From positions 32,178,001-32,242,000 of the forward strand of contig NC_043006.1 of the NCBI RefSeq assembly GCF_006345805.1: a DNA stretch of 64,000 nt. The letters are read 5' to 3'. The notes under the pieces are model-generated. The model ran no database searches. It had not been told where the DNA came from and saw only the letters and a list, made by a program, of their open reading frames with translations. Shown one piece after another: positions 40,621 to 54,346 of this stretch. A program made the translations under genes and the position numbers. Each line of letters begins with the position of its first letter. The stretch's first letter is position 1. Origin of the DNA: Octopus sinensis (Eukaryota).

Positions 40621-41454
40621 GATTGATTTAAGAAATTTCGTCTTTTAATTCAAAAGCGCAATGCCGGCTTCATATACCAAATGAGAATCACAGAACATTT
40701 ATACATATCTTTCTATCTCATACGGAGACGCCAAACACGCCATTATTATTTCATCTTTCCTCTCTCACATAATCTTATATAGGCACAAATACACAACCCG
40801 CTGATGCTAAATAACTAATGTTGATTTAACAGACAGCCGTGTCTTCATCTTTCGACACACTCTTCCTTCAAACACCATAATTTATTTCATGCTATAACAT
40901 CATTACTGTTTTTCTTATAACTTTCATTGCTTGGATCAATTTCTGCAGTTCTTCCTCAATAATAAAGCTCAAGAGATTTTCGTTTGCTTATCAACGTTTG
41001 CTTATCATTTGATGATATCGTTTGATAGAAACGACGAAACCTGAACCACGCTGACTAGAATTTGATATAGAGATCAATAATCTGTTGTACATAGTGAAGG
41101 AAACGTAGTATGATTTTGATCTCGTAATTGCATGAGTTGGATCTTGTAATTGTTTAAAATCTGATCAATTCTCAGAACACCATCGAATTTGTCAACTTTG
41201 TTTCGGAAATTAAGAAATAAAGTATGTAAAGAATGTGAGTGGCAACCAAACGACTTTGACAACATAGCTTGTTGATTAACCGAGCGATTAATCAAACAAT
41301 CAATTAATAATTGATTAAATCGTTAACAGATTATCAAAGAATGAAAAAGTGTAACTCAAGCAGTACACGTGCTTAATATTGGCAAAATGATACTCCCGAG
41401 AAACAACAAAATCTGTTTCACCTCAAGAATCTTGCAAACCAAATAGAAAAGTCA

Positions 41455-41551
<97 letters not shown>

Positions 41552-41576
41552 GTCTGTCTATCTGTCTATCTGTCTA

Positions 41577-41613
<37 letters not shown>

Positions 41614-41621
41614 TTATCTAT

Positions 41622-41721
<100 letters not shown>

Positions 41722-41822
41722 ATGTATGTATGTCTATCTGTCTGTCTGTATGTCTGTCTGTCCATCTATCTGTCTGACTGTCAGCCCGTCCGTTCGTCCG
41801 CTCGTCTGTCTATCTATCTATG

Positions 41823-41925
<103 letters not shown>

Positions 41926-41926
41926 G

Positions 41927-42005
<79 letters not shown>

Positions 42006-42061
42006 AAAACAATTTCATAGAACACAGACTCATACATCATCAAATTTCTCTTTTGATTTTA

Positions 42062-42289
42062 CAGTTGGTCATACAACATAATTAGTTGATTAATATAACC
42101 GACACGTGTTTCTGCTGCACAGAATATGTACAGTTAAGTATGCAACCCAGCATAATCCACGCTTGTTGAAAGACTGAATGAAAGTGCACAGCTGATTATG
42201 CCGGGTTGTTGCATGCGTAAGTGCACCTACTCCGTGCAACAGAAACACGTGTCGATCATTTTAACCAACATATGTTGTATGGCCAACTA
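42062..42289. mobile_element. TA-flanked MITE (about 230 bp)
   Basis: cagttggtcatacaacata ... tatgttgtatggccaacta, with internal pairing ccgacacgtgtttctg / cagaaacacgtgtcga. Confidence 0.7.
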
Positions 42290-42613
42290 TAAAATTAAAA
42301 CAAAAGTTTGATGATGTACCAGTCCTCGTATTCTTTGCAATTTTTACTCTCCTAATTTACCCCACTAATTTACCCTCCTAATAATATTTATAATCCAGGA
42401 GAATTACAGCGAGATTACTAATACTACTACTTGATGTGGTTACTAATCATACTACTTGATGTGGTTAGCTGAAACCTGGAATGTGCTGAGAGCTATCACA
42501 GTAGCAGCCTGGAGAATTTATCCCTATATACTCACCTTATGTGTGTGTGTGTGTGTGTGTATTTGTTGGTGTGTGTGTTCATATATGTATGTATGTATGT
42601 ATGTATGTATATG

Positions 42614-42647
<34 letters not shown>

Positions 42648-42982
42648 ATATATATATATATATATAGATATATATATATATATATCTATTATATATATTA
42701 TATATATATATATATTATATATATATATTATATATGTATAAACAAGTGTAAATAAGAGAGACAGAGAAATACAGAAACAAGGAAAATGCCACTTATATTT
42801 GAACACTATACAAATATTCTTTTAAAAAAACTTTTCTTTTAATTTTTCTAAATTTAATTATCTAATCGTTACAGTTGAAAAGATCTCAAAATGACTGAAA
42901 CCGGTACTGAAATGTTCTTTATAAAATTATCTTAACATTTTCTATCTTGACTTATTTTTTCATATGTATATAAATATATACA

Positions 42983-43109
42983 GGAGTGGCTAACCACATG
43001 GTTCCGGTTTCAGTCCCACTGCGTGGCACCTTGGACTATTGTCTTCTACTATAGCTTCGGGCCGATCAAAGCCTTCTGAGTGGATTTGGTGGACGGAAAG
43101 AAGCCCGTA

Positions 43110-43144
<35 letters not shown>

Positions 43145-43420
43145 TATATATATATATATATATCTATGTGTGTGTGTGTGTGTGTGGTGTGGTGTGTGTG
43201 TGTGTGTGGGTGTGGTGGTGTGTGTGGTGTGTGTGTATGTGTGTGTGTGTGTATGTGTGTATGTGTGTGCCTGTGTTTGTCCCCCCCCATCATCGCTTGA
43301 CAACCGATGGGGGCGTGTCTGCGTCCCCATAACCTAGCGGTTCGGCGAAGATACCGATAGAATAAGTACTAGGCTGCTTACAAACATGGCCGCAATCAAG
43401 TGACTGAAATAAATAAAAGA
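42983..43420 (+). mobile_element. SINE with internal microsatellite
   Basis: caggagtggctaaccacatggttccgg...catcgcttgacaaccgatg...catggccgcaatcaagtgactgaaa. Confidence 0.75.
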
Positions 43421-43433
43421 ATAAATGAAAAAA

Positions 43434-43485
<52 letters not shown>

Positions 43486-43939
43486 TGAGATAGTGGTTGT
43501 AAATGCAACCCTCCATGGGATAATATATATCCAATATACTGCTAGTGAAGTACCCAACAAAGTTAATACATAAATGTTAAGGATTGCGATGCAATCAATT
43601 CATTTACTGTATTATATGGGCAACGGGAGAGAGAGAGAGAGAGAGAGAGGCGATTCATATTCACTCACAAAATATTGATCAGCCAAAGTCTGTAGTGGAA
43701 GACACTTGCTCAAGGTGCTGCACAGTGGAACTGAACTCGAAACTGTGTGGTTGCAAACGGGCTTCTTAACTACAAAACAATGCCTGCGCATAATTTTTCC
43801 TTCAAAATATGCAAAATGTGTCCTAGGGAAAGATGATATGCACATCAATTTTCAATTATTTCTAAAATGCACTTTTGCGCCCGTCAAATCTATTTTAGAG
43901 GAACATATCTTTTTCATGCAAGGAATATTTAATCGCATT

Positions 43940-44345
43940 GTTTACGGCATCAAGCTTCTTCAAATAAAAGTATCTTCTAACTGTAGACAAAATGTAGGTC
44001 ACTGAAATATAACTAGTTTCATCAGTTATGATTGAAAGCTTTTTCCGTCTCACAGATATCCGTTATCGCTAGTATCCCATAAAAAAAGCTATTCCATCTT
44101 GAATAAGATATAAAATTTTTGTTTTCATTGATAATTTATTTGCAGTCTTACCATCCGGAAACGCTTTCGTACACACCATCACAACACGATCAACGTTTGC
44201 AAAGGGAATATTATGTTCAGTCAACAATATACAGTCCCCTCGTTCACTCTCTGGTGACTGCGTTTCACCATTTATTGACAAATATCCAGATATAGCCACT
44301 TCAAAGAATTTCTTATGTTTTAATGGAGTTGTCTGTATCATTGGT
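43940..44345 (-). mobile_element. hAT-superfamily transposase relic
   Basis: LTEHNIPFANVDR...AFPDGKTANKLSMKTK, then KLSIITDETSYISV...VRRYF (resembles FSxxxDESTD, the first catalytic Asp); frameshifted. Confidence 0.6.
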
Positions 44346-45045
44346 ATGGAAATATTTGCAATTCTCAGAGTAATGTTGCTGCTTTTACAATAACTAGTTT
44401 CTTTGTCACGTGTATCTTGTTGAAGCTAATCCTTAAATCTGTGATTTTCCAACTATTTCTCATTCAACGGTGCTCATACCATTTTTTAAAATATATTTTT
44501 GTGGGAGTTTATATTTTATTATTATTATTAGAGAAGACAAGTAATATACAAATGTTACAAGGCTGTGATGACTAGAAAAGGGAGTTCTCATATACAAATC
44601 ACGATGCACAACGAAAATAAACATTGAATGATAGTCTTGCATGGCCCAAAGAACCAAAACTAGTGCAATACATTGTATGTATGCCTGTTTGTATGCATCT
44701 GTGTATGTATATATGTATGATTGTATGTATGTAGGTATGTTCGTGTGTGTATGTGCGTGTATGCTTGAGGTATGCGCCCATCGTGTGTATGAATGCGTGC
44801 TTATATAATTATATGCATATATTTACATATATATTTATGTGTATACACACACGCACACACGCACACATACACAGACATACGACGGGCTTCTTTCAGTTCC
44901 CGTCTACCAAATCTACTCACGGGGCTTTGATCGGTCCGAGGCCAAAGTAGAGAACGCTTCCCCAATGTACCACCCAGTGGGACTGAAACTGGAACCATGT
45001 GGTTGGTAAGCAAACTACTTACCACACGGCCACTCCTGCACCTAT

Positions 45046-45080
<35 letters not shown>

Positions 45081-45105
45081 ATATATATATATATTATATA
45101 TATAT

Positions 45106-45185
<80 letters not shown>

Positions 45186-45694
45186 TATCTATATATATAT
45201 ATATATATTATATATATATATATATAATATATATATATATATTATATATATATATATAATATATATATATATATTATATTATATATATATATACATATAG
45301 AAACCAAACACTTCAATAAAACATTTTAACAGAATGTGATGATTGCGTATATATGATGAAGGGAACGCTATCAAGTTCTTTTTCTTAAAATACCGTTAGT
45401 AGATATATATAATCACGATGCACAACGAAAACATATACATACATACCTACATATCTCTTTTACTCTTTTCTCTTTTACTTGTTTCAGTCATTTGACTGCG
45501 GCCATGCTGGAGCACCGCCTTTAATCGAGCAACTCGACCCCGGGACTTATTCTTTTGTAAGCCCAGTACTTATTCTATCGGTCTCTTTTGACGAACCGCT
45601 AAGTAACGGGGACATAAACACACCAGCATCGGTTATCAAGCAATGCTAGGGACACACACACAAATACACACACGCATATATATTATATATTATA

Positions 45695-45727
<33 letters not shown>

Positions 45728-45878
45728 ATGTGAAATAGAAAGATGAATAATCTTGTAGTAGATTAATCAAAAGTTTAACCGAAACCTTAGTAGCAAAAAT
45801 CACAGCAGTGAACAGCACGGTTGGAGGTACAACCATCTGGCGTTGCAACCGTGCGTTGGTGCGGATAATTGAAATTAA

Positions 45879-46201
45879 AACATTATTGGTGAATTGAAGA
45901 AATGGAGCTGAACGCAGATTGAACAGAAATCGTTTTATTTCATTCTACACGTGTTTCGAAAGGCACAAATTACCAAAATCCGATTGAATAATGGGACCAT
46001 ATTGTGTCTTTCTCTTCAGGAAGAAAAAAGGAAATCCTTCCAACGGATTTCCTTTTTTCTTCCTGAAGAGAAAGACACAATATGGTCCCATTATTCAATC
46101 GGATTTTGGTAATTTGTGCCTTTCGAAACACGTGTAGAATGAAATAAAACGATTTCTGTTCAATCTGCGTTCAGCTCCATTTCTTCAATTCACCAATAAT
46201 G

Positions 46202-46203
<2 letters not shown>
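45879..46203. repeat. Perfect palindrome, 159-bp arms, 7-nt loop
   Basis: 45879-46037 is the exact reverse complement of 46045-46203 by eye. Confidence 0.95.
46055..46145 (+). ncRNA. Type I hammerhead ribozyme motif (mirror copy on - strand at about 45937-46027)
   Basis: CTGAAGA 46063-69, stem II GAAAG/CTTTC, GAAA 46125-28, palindromic stem III ACACGTGT, GUA site 46134-36, stem I ttc/gaa. Confidence 0.65.
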
Positions 46204-46236
<33 letters not shown>

Positions 46237-48836
46237 CATATATACGACGGGCTTCTTTCAGTTTCCGTCTACCAAATCCACTCACAAGGCTTTGGTCAGC
46301 CCGAGGCTATAGTAGAAGACACTTGCCCAAGGTGCCACGCAGTGGGACTGAACCCAGAACCATGTGGTTGGTAAACAAGCTACTTACCACACAGCCACTC
46401 AGATAGATAGATAGATAGATAAATGAATAAATGGTGTTAAACGCAGGTGTTTATTCAAGTCATTTTATTCCCGATATATGTCTCGAAGAAAACATTGGTA
46501 TTACTCCAGAAGGAATAAAATGGTGTAAAACAATGTAATCTTCTCTTCAGGGAAAGAAAGAAACCAAACACTTCAATAAAACATTTTAACAGAATGTGAT
46601 GATTACGTATATGATGAAGGGAACGCTATCAAGTTTTTTTTCTTAAAATACCGTTAGTAGATACAACGTCAAGGTAGTTTATAGAAAGAGTAAGAGGAGA
46701 AAGAAATTAGCAGAAAATCAAACCCAAGATCAAACAGGAAACTACTCAGTCCGTCTCGACTGAACACGAAAACCATATTAGGTAACATACTCATCAGGGT
46801 GAAGCTGTTGCAGATGATGCGGCGCTGGAAATTCAATCGATGGAGCAACTGCAACACCTCATGGTTAAGTCACACAAAGGCCTGTTAAGACTTTGGCTTA
46901 ACCACCAGTCTGTAGAAGAAAAAAATGCTAGGTCAAGGTTTTGATGACGCTTCTACTATCACCAACAACAATTTGAAGCTGGACGCAGTCCATGAGTTTA
47001 GACATTTTGTCCGACGCTCTAACGAGTCTGCCATTCCACCGCTCTCGTTCTACTTAATAATAATGTTTATTTTCCCCCCCCTAACATTAATTTTAATTAC
47101 TTTTGTCGATAGTTCGTCAAGCTTTGTTTATCTCTTATATTTATTACATACTTTTGTTTGCATTTTATTTGTTTTTAATTTTTAATTAATTAAATGTTAA
47201 TGAACGTTTCCACCCCACTCCGCAACACCTCCACACCTATTAATTTGCTCTTCAACAAGTCAGTGGGACAGAAAAGAAAAACTACTGCAAGTTCACTCGA
47301 CCTGCTAGAATGAGCAGCCAAACATCTCACCAAAGTTCACTCTACAACAACAAACTGTTTAACGCTCTGCTCTAAATGAAATGAAATCCGCCATGCGTAT
47401 TGGTAAAGCTTGCAATCCAACAAAGCAGAGATTGTCATCAGGGAAGACAGTAGTGGGGTTGTTTTGGTGATGCTGAAAATAATGGTCGTAGTTGTAGTAG
47501 TGGTGGTAGGTAAAGTTGTAGTAATAGATGTGATTGTTGCAGCTGTAAAAGGAATGGTTTGAGTGAAGACGAGGGTGGTTGTGAGGGGTTGAGGCGGAGC
47601 GTTTTTAGTTGGTAGTTATTGATAGTGATAGCAGTGATGGCGATGGTTGTAGACTTCGATGTGGATGTGCTAGTTAGATGTATTTTCAGCCATCGTACAA
47701 CGGGCTGTAGCGCTTGTGGTTGTATTAGTGGTTGCCGATACAGTGTTGGTTGTAACACGACTGTAGTGTATGTAGTAGAATGCCTTCCTTGTAGCACTAG
47801 TTACAACGGCCTTAGTAAATGTGGTGGTTATATAATACATATCTGGGAAGGCGCATGGTTTAGTGGTTAGCGTGTTGCACTCATGATCGTAAAATTGTGG
47901 TTTCGATTCCTTGAAGGGGCGATGCATTGTGTCCATGAGTAAAACACTTCATTTGGTCTTACTCCAGTCCACTTAATTGATTAAAATGAGTAATCCTGTA
48001 CCCAATGGGAGGAATATATATGCCATAGAAATCGGAAAACCGACTTTATTAGCCTATTGATCAGGAAGGATTTTTGATCCGTTTGATATGATACATTGAT
48101 AGATGATTATGATATTTGCTGTTTAATCCCAGTGCAATCCTGATCAATGCAACCTGTGATGAAAGACATTCCAACTTTGACTATTCCTCCTTCCTTCAAA
48201 CAACTATTTACAATTATCATACGTTATTCAAAGTTCTGCTTTTACAGATGATAGGAACGATTTTTTGGCTCTCTGACTGTTACTACTTTCACCTCTACCA
48301 TCAATACTCTAGCCATCTTCCTTAAGCTATCCATTAAATCTACCATAATCACTGCAACATAAACAACTCTCTAACCACTACAACTACCGCGACCACTCTA
48401 CTACCACACTATGAGCATTCTTACTACTTCGTTCGTTTGTACTAGAAGCATTTTTTAATTAAATAGTCAGGAGAGGATGACCCTGGGTAGGATCTTCTGG
48501 ATGGATGGTTTGAATGCTTGCAAAAGTACACCTCTACATTAAGGCACCAAAAAGACCTAAAGATGGCGTCAGATCGGGCTACAGATTTAGTCTTCATCGC
48601 AACTAAGGTACGGTAGAATTTGAACTGAGAACACAAAGATCCGGGGTGAATACGCCGTCTCATCGTTTTCGACTCTCTAGCGATTTCGCCACTCGACATG
48701 CAATAAACTTGTACTTTATTTATCGATCCCAGAATAAATCAATGACAAAGTTCATGCCAGAAGATTTTAACTTAGAATGTAAGAATACAAGAAACCGAGA
48801 TAAATCGTGAAAGAAGCTTCGCCCGACGCTCTAACG

Positions 48837-49115
48837 CAGGGATCCCCTACCAATGGTCCGCGACCCAGTCCCAGGCCGCTGATCATTTGGCAGTGGGCCG
48901 TACAGAATGAATAACTTTTAAAATCCTATTTCTATCTTATTGACTATCACAGTCTTTGAGGTGTTTTTGTATTACATATGTGATATATATGCATTATATA
49001 TGATATACATATATCATATATGTAATAATGAAATTATATATTACGTGCTTTATTGTGCTTTGCTATACACATGATACCATGGTCCGTGGAAAAACTGTGT
49101 TGCATGAAACAGTTG
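48837..49115. mobile_element. hAT-Charlie-like MITE relic (mirrored at about 56605-56882)
   Basis: cagggatcccctacc..tggtccgcgacc start and ccatggtccgtggaaaaactgtg near the end. Confidence 0.4.
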
Positions 49116-49484
49116 TATCGTGTTACTGGGCGGTTCTGCAGTAAAATGTGAAATTTGAACTTTGAAGCCATTTACTTGAAGATGATTATAACGAAAATAC
49201 CATAAACATATCAAAGAACATATACACATGGTGTGTGTGTGTGTGTGTGTGTTTGGGTTGATATTATTTGAGATATATAGGTATATATTTCGATAGTTGG
49301 AGATTCTATTTAATTATTTTGTCCTTTATAATTTTGTTGCATTTCAATTTTTAATATATGTGTTCCTTTCTGTTGAAGAGCGTAGGGTCGAAAAGTGAAA
49401 GACTTTCACACTTCCCGAGCATTAAACTAATTCATCTATTTGTTGTTTACACACCCGTATTCGTCTTTGAATTTTTGTAAATTC

Positions 49485-49548
<64 letters not shown>

Positions 49549-49550
<2 letters not shown>

Positions 49551-52500
49551 AAAAAAGCAACAAGAATGGATTAAAATCTCGGTACGATCGTTTCGTACGA
49601 GGACATCTTTAATAAGCTACAAAAAATGCAGTGAATACAGATGGCTCGTACTCGTACAGTCCCGAAAAAACATCAGAGAATTCCCAAACATCAAAAGGGG
49701 TAGATACAAAAGAGGTTGTAAGATTAGCTGCATTGAAGAAAGTTCGATTCGTGGAGATCCGATGAAGGTTTTAAACCTATAGAATTTATGCATGTCTACA
49801 TATAGCTCATATTGAATATTTGATCAAGTTGTGTGAAGAAATTTTCGGATACAGTCATGAAAAATTTCTGAAAATCCGAGTAAGAGGCAAGTGACTGCCA
49901 TATCATGTAGAGGAAGTCTGAGTAAAAAAAGTGACTGTCATATCGTGTAGAGGATCAGATTGTTATTGAAACTTACAAGAAACGCAGATAAGTTCGATTT
50001 TTTGGAGATCCGATGAAAAAGTCTTGAACTTACAAAAAATGTGTATGTCCTTATAGTTCATGATCCAGTTTTGTGAAGAGATTTCGGGTACAATCATGCG
50101 AAAAATATCAGGGAATCCGAATGAGAAGCAAAATGACAGTCTTATATTTTCGTTCAGGTTGTTAATGAATTTATCAAGAATCACAGAAAGAGGAGGAAGG
50201 AGGTAGAAATTCAATCAGTTACTGCTATTTAAGCTGTCAAAGAGAAAGGAAAGGGGAAGCTAAGGGGATGGGCACAAGTTGAAGCTAACAGAAAAGTCTA
50301 AGTTTTTTTAGAACAAAATTCGAACTGAGGTCAACAATTTATTTCTTTATTTATAAATGTTACTATTAATAGATTGTCAGGTTACAAAGAGGTCATTAGA
50401 AAGGAAAGAAAAATGGGGTTGTTTTTAAATGAAATTAAACAATTATATTATTATTATACTATAATACACTACACTATATTATATTATATTATTTTGATAT
50501 ATTAAATCACATCACAATACACTACGATAGGTCTGGAATTAGCAGAATTAATTTTTAGTGTAAAAGAAATTAAGAGATTTAACTAACTAATATTTGTAAT
50601 GGGTTAAAAAATAGACTAAGAAATGGAGATAAAAATAGAGCAAAAATTTATTAATAATATGGTCCAATAGAAATAAATCAAATAATTTAAGTCAATAAGT
50701 ATTAAATAGTACCATCAGAGAGAGAAAAAATTATAATCATAGCTAGTTAGATCTTATCTTTCTAGTTAAATATATAATATACTATGTAGGAGTGATATGT
50801 AAGTCAAAATGAATTTTATGCAAAATGATTCCAGTATACAGTTATCAATTGAGATATGATTTAAAATATCATTTAAAATATTTAAGAGTCTTAACCCGAG
50901 CATGTATACAAGAAATTCCAAGTTCAATTCTGCTGTTTAATTGATTTCTCCCTTATTTCTATACATTAGTATTTCAAATGCTTCCATGGAGCAAGGTTGG
51001 CAGCCTACTCTGCTATTTTTATAGGGTTTTGCTCTTCTGACTAATTCCCAATTAAGGTTATATTTGATATTATTGTTTTTTTTCCCAAATTTTACTAGAA
51101 AGAGTGGTGCTATCAGCCTTATGACGTAATTAAAGGATGAGAGATGGTTATTCAATCTCTGTTTAAAATTACAGTGCATCCAACATAAGAGAACTTATTA
51201 TTATCTGTGGTTACGGAGCACTTATAGATTATGTTAATTAACCCGCATAAATCAGGGGCCGGGCATTTTGATTTAATTCTGAAATTACATCTAGGGGCAT
51301 TATAATTAGAGGTGGAATACCTTGAGGATAGAAGTCTTATATTACTGTTGCTCGAAGCAGAGCGGGTAAATTTATCATGATTTTGATTATTGTTATTATC
51401 TAAAAAAACTCTATCATTATTGTAGTTAATATTATTATCTAAAATAGTATTATCATTTATGGGTATTCTTACGTTTCATTTGGTTCTAAAGCCCTACTTT
51501 CATTATTATTATTATTATTGGTGCTGCTATCTAAAATAATGTTATCATTATTGCAGTTGATGTTATCTCCTAAAGTAGTATTATCATTTGTCGGTATTCC
51601 TACACTATCGTTTGGTTCTATAACTCTACTATCATTGCTGATATTGTTGATGCTATTAGTATTGTTGTCGATATTGTTTTCCAGATGTGTAGTGTTGTTG
51701 CTGATAATGTTGTTACTCTCATTCACTGTACTTACATTCATGGTATTATTCCTATTACTAACATAATCATTCCTATTTATGTTATTATTGTTATTAACAA
51801 TTCCATGGCTTTTGGTTATATTTATTTTATGACATTCATTATTGTTATTATTATTATTATTGTTGCAATTATTACTTTCCGTACTGTTATTACAATTTTC
51901 CGTTGTATTTTTATTTTTATTTATTAAATTATTTCTGGCTAGTTTTATGTTATTATTATTGATCTTAGCTATTAAAGTGGACATATTTGGGAGAGTTGAA
52001 TAAGAAATTCTGACTGTTTTTTTAGAAATAATTTTATGATATCTATGAGAGGATGGGAATTTTTTTTCTAGAATTGTTTTGAATCTACCCTGAATATCTG
52101 ATGAAACCGCGCAGTTAAAAGGGATGTTTAGTCATATTATGTCTTTCTTATTAAATTTCTTAGAATTAGAGTTAGGGCTGCTAGAATTTTTCCCACTAGA
52201 GTTAGGGTTATTAGAATTAATCGTACCATCATCAGATTCTTTGTATTTATTAATGTTCCTGTTAGCATGTTTGCTAGTTTTATCCAAGTTTATTTTACCC
52301 TTATTATAAGTATTCTCTGTTATGTTTTTATTAATATTCTTAATATCATTAGGGTACTTTGCCGCTGTAAATCTATTTCTACTATCCTTTCTGGTAAAGG
52401 TTATTATTTTTGTCTACGTTACTAATAGTGTGTTTCCTAGTTTTAATTTTATTTAAGGTTGCCTTATCAGGGCTATCTATGTTATGGTCTATGTATTTAT

Positions 52501-54346
52501 CCTTATACTTATCATTACGATTAGATGTTGTATTAGATCCACATCTATGTATCTTTTCGACTTTATCATTTTTGTTGTTTATGTGGTTATTGCTGTTTAA
52601 TTTACTTAAATTATTATGATGAGTTCCTAGGTTTTCCGTATCTTCAAATGTAATTTTCTGGTTATATCCTGCTCTAGATAACGCCTCATTGTAATGTCCT
52701 GAGTGTGAGTTAAATATATTAAAATTAGATGATAATTTGGATATTCTTATGGAAATATTTCTAACTAAGGAATTTATTATATTTGGGGGATAATTAGATA
52801 ATTTATTTACGTAACTAGTGATTTCACCTTCCTTTCTAAATGGATAATGTAGTTTGGAGTTAAGGTCTAAAGTAATATCTAGAAAATTAGCTATTTTAAT
52901 GTTTGGTTCGTAGGTTATGCTAAGGTTGAAATCTTTAAAGAACCTATTAATCTTCTTTTTAATTCTTTCTATGTGTGATTTATTATTGGTATTTACAACA
53001 AACAAAGCATCATCTCTATATAGACCACCTTGCAATTCAGGGATCTCTTTATTAATGCATTTCAGTAAATATGCTCCTACTAAATTGGTTACCTCCTCCC
53101 GAATCACTTGAGCCCATAGGAATATCGAAAAAGTTTGGGGTATCAGCTCTGGTCCATAATTTTCCCTCAAACTCAATAAATGTTTTTCTAGCTAAAAGTA
53201 TAATGTCTATTTCTTCTCTAGATATGAGGGAGCGATTCATCGCGAATATAAGCGATTTATTTAATAGGATAGGGGAAATGCTAGAGTAGTAGTTATTTAT
53301 ATCGAATTGAATGAAGGCTAAATTATTCGTATTAGTTAGGGAATTAAACCATTTAAGGACCTCATCGGTATTTATCCACAGGCTTAAGGGAAGAAGTGGG
53401 GTTATTTGGGGTAAGATATTATCTAGGATAGATTTACTAAGTCGGCCAATATCCGACTTAGTTGGACAAATAAGTCTTACCGACGGGTTTTCCAGGAAAT
53501 TCTTTTTATGGTCCTTAAGATTAATCCTAGGTTCGCATGGTACAATTGGTTCAGTTCTGTCTGCTAGATCATATTTTTCCATAATAGCTTTCATTTCTAA
53601 GTTAGTTTCCTTCAATTTTCCTTTGGTAGTAGTTTTGTATTTGGAGTTAATCTCCTTGTTAATTAGATTGCTGTAGAGTGAATAGTCTACTCTATAAAAA
53701 TTTCCCGTTTTGTCAGCTGGTGCTAATATTCCTTTCTTGTTTCGAGTCGATTTTATAAATTTACTGAGATGCTTGAGGTGGTGATTATATCTTAACGGGT
53801 GATCCTTGAATTTAATTCTTTCTATGAGGTTGAGTAGGTCTTTTTCAAAATTATCAAGGAGTGGATTTGGAGGTGGGCTCTTTCTGCTTCTAAAAATTCT
53901 GTCGAACTTCTTATTAGTAATCCTTCGTTTTGTATTCTTTCTATGTTTGATATCGAAGTGGTATGTTCTCCATCTAATCCTTCTAATGAAATCGTTTATC
54001 CTGTGAATGAGTAGCCAATAATACTCATCTTTACTATGGAGGGGGATTGTCTTTAGGGGAAAACTTGAAGTTTATTTTTCCATTCTTCTCTGAGAAGTTA
54101 AGGACCGGAAAAACATACAGATAGTATGAGATATATTCGGTTAAGTAATTGAGATTCTAGTGAATTCTAAAGAATTCACTTGAATATGGTCCTTAACTAG
54201 GATGCACCGGAAATCTATATGGTGTTAACCATACGACAAGTGGGGTGATTACAAATAGGAAAAAAGCAACAAGAATGGATTAAAATCTCGGTACGATCGT
54301 TTCGTACGAGGACATCTTTAATAAGCTACAAAAAATGCAGTGAATA
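49549..54346 (-). mobile_element. Penelope-like retroelement, near full length, with direct terminal repeats of about 90 bp (49547-49637 and 54256-54346), 3' end in (TA)n
   Basis: RT and GIY-YIG ORF, 3' UTR of about 1.3 kb, hammerhead in the terminal repeat. Confidence 0.9.
50869..54083 (-). CDS. Penelope-like RT-GIY-YIG polyprotein, about 1070 aa after correcting several 1-bp frameshifts
   Basis: MEK(I)NF(K)FSLKTIP...IRRIRWR; APADKTGNFY; QFDINNYYSSI; PMGSSDS; GLYRDD; KTVRISYSTLPNM; CNFRIKSKCP; IIYKC...YVGCT...FKQRLNNH...E...LNSRIE. Track ORFs 53052, 52382, 51469 and 50937 are pieces of it. Confidence 0.88.

Noticed and set aside
46790-46905. Minus-strand segment with a good acceptor and a GTATGT donor
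   Set aside because: All three frames contain a stop between the sites; at most a non-coding exon, with no further support.
51518-54006. Hydrophobic + strand ORFs over the Penelope element
   Set aside because: Antisense shadows of the Asn/Lys/Ile-rich retroelement ORF.
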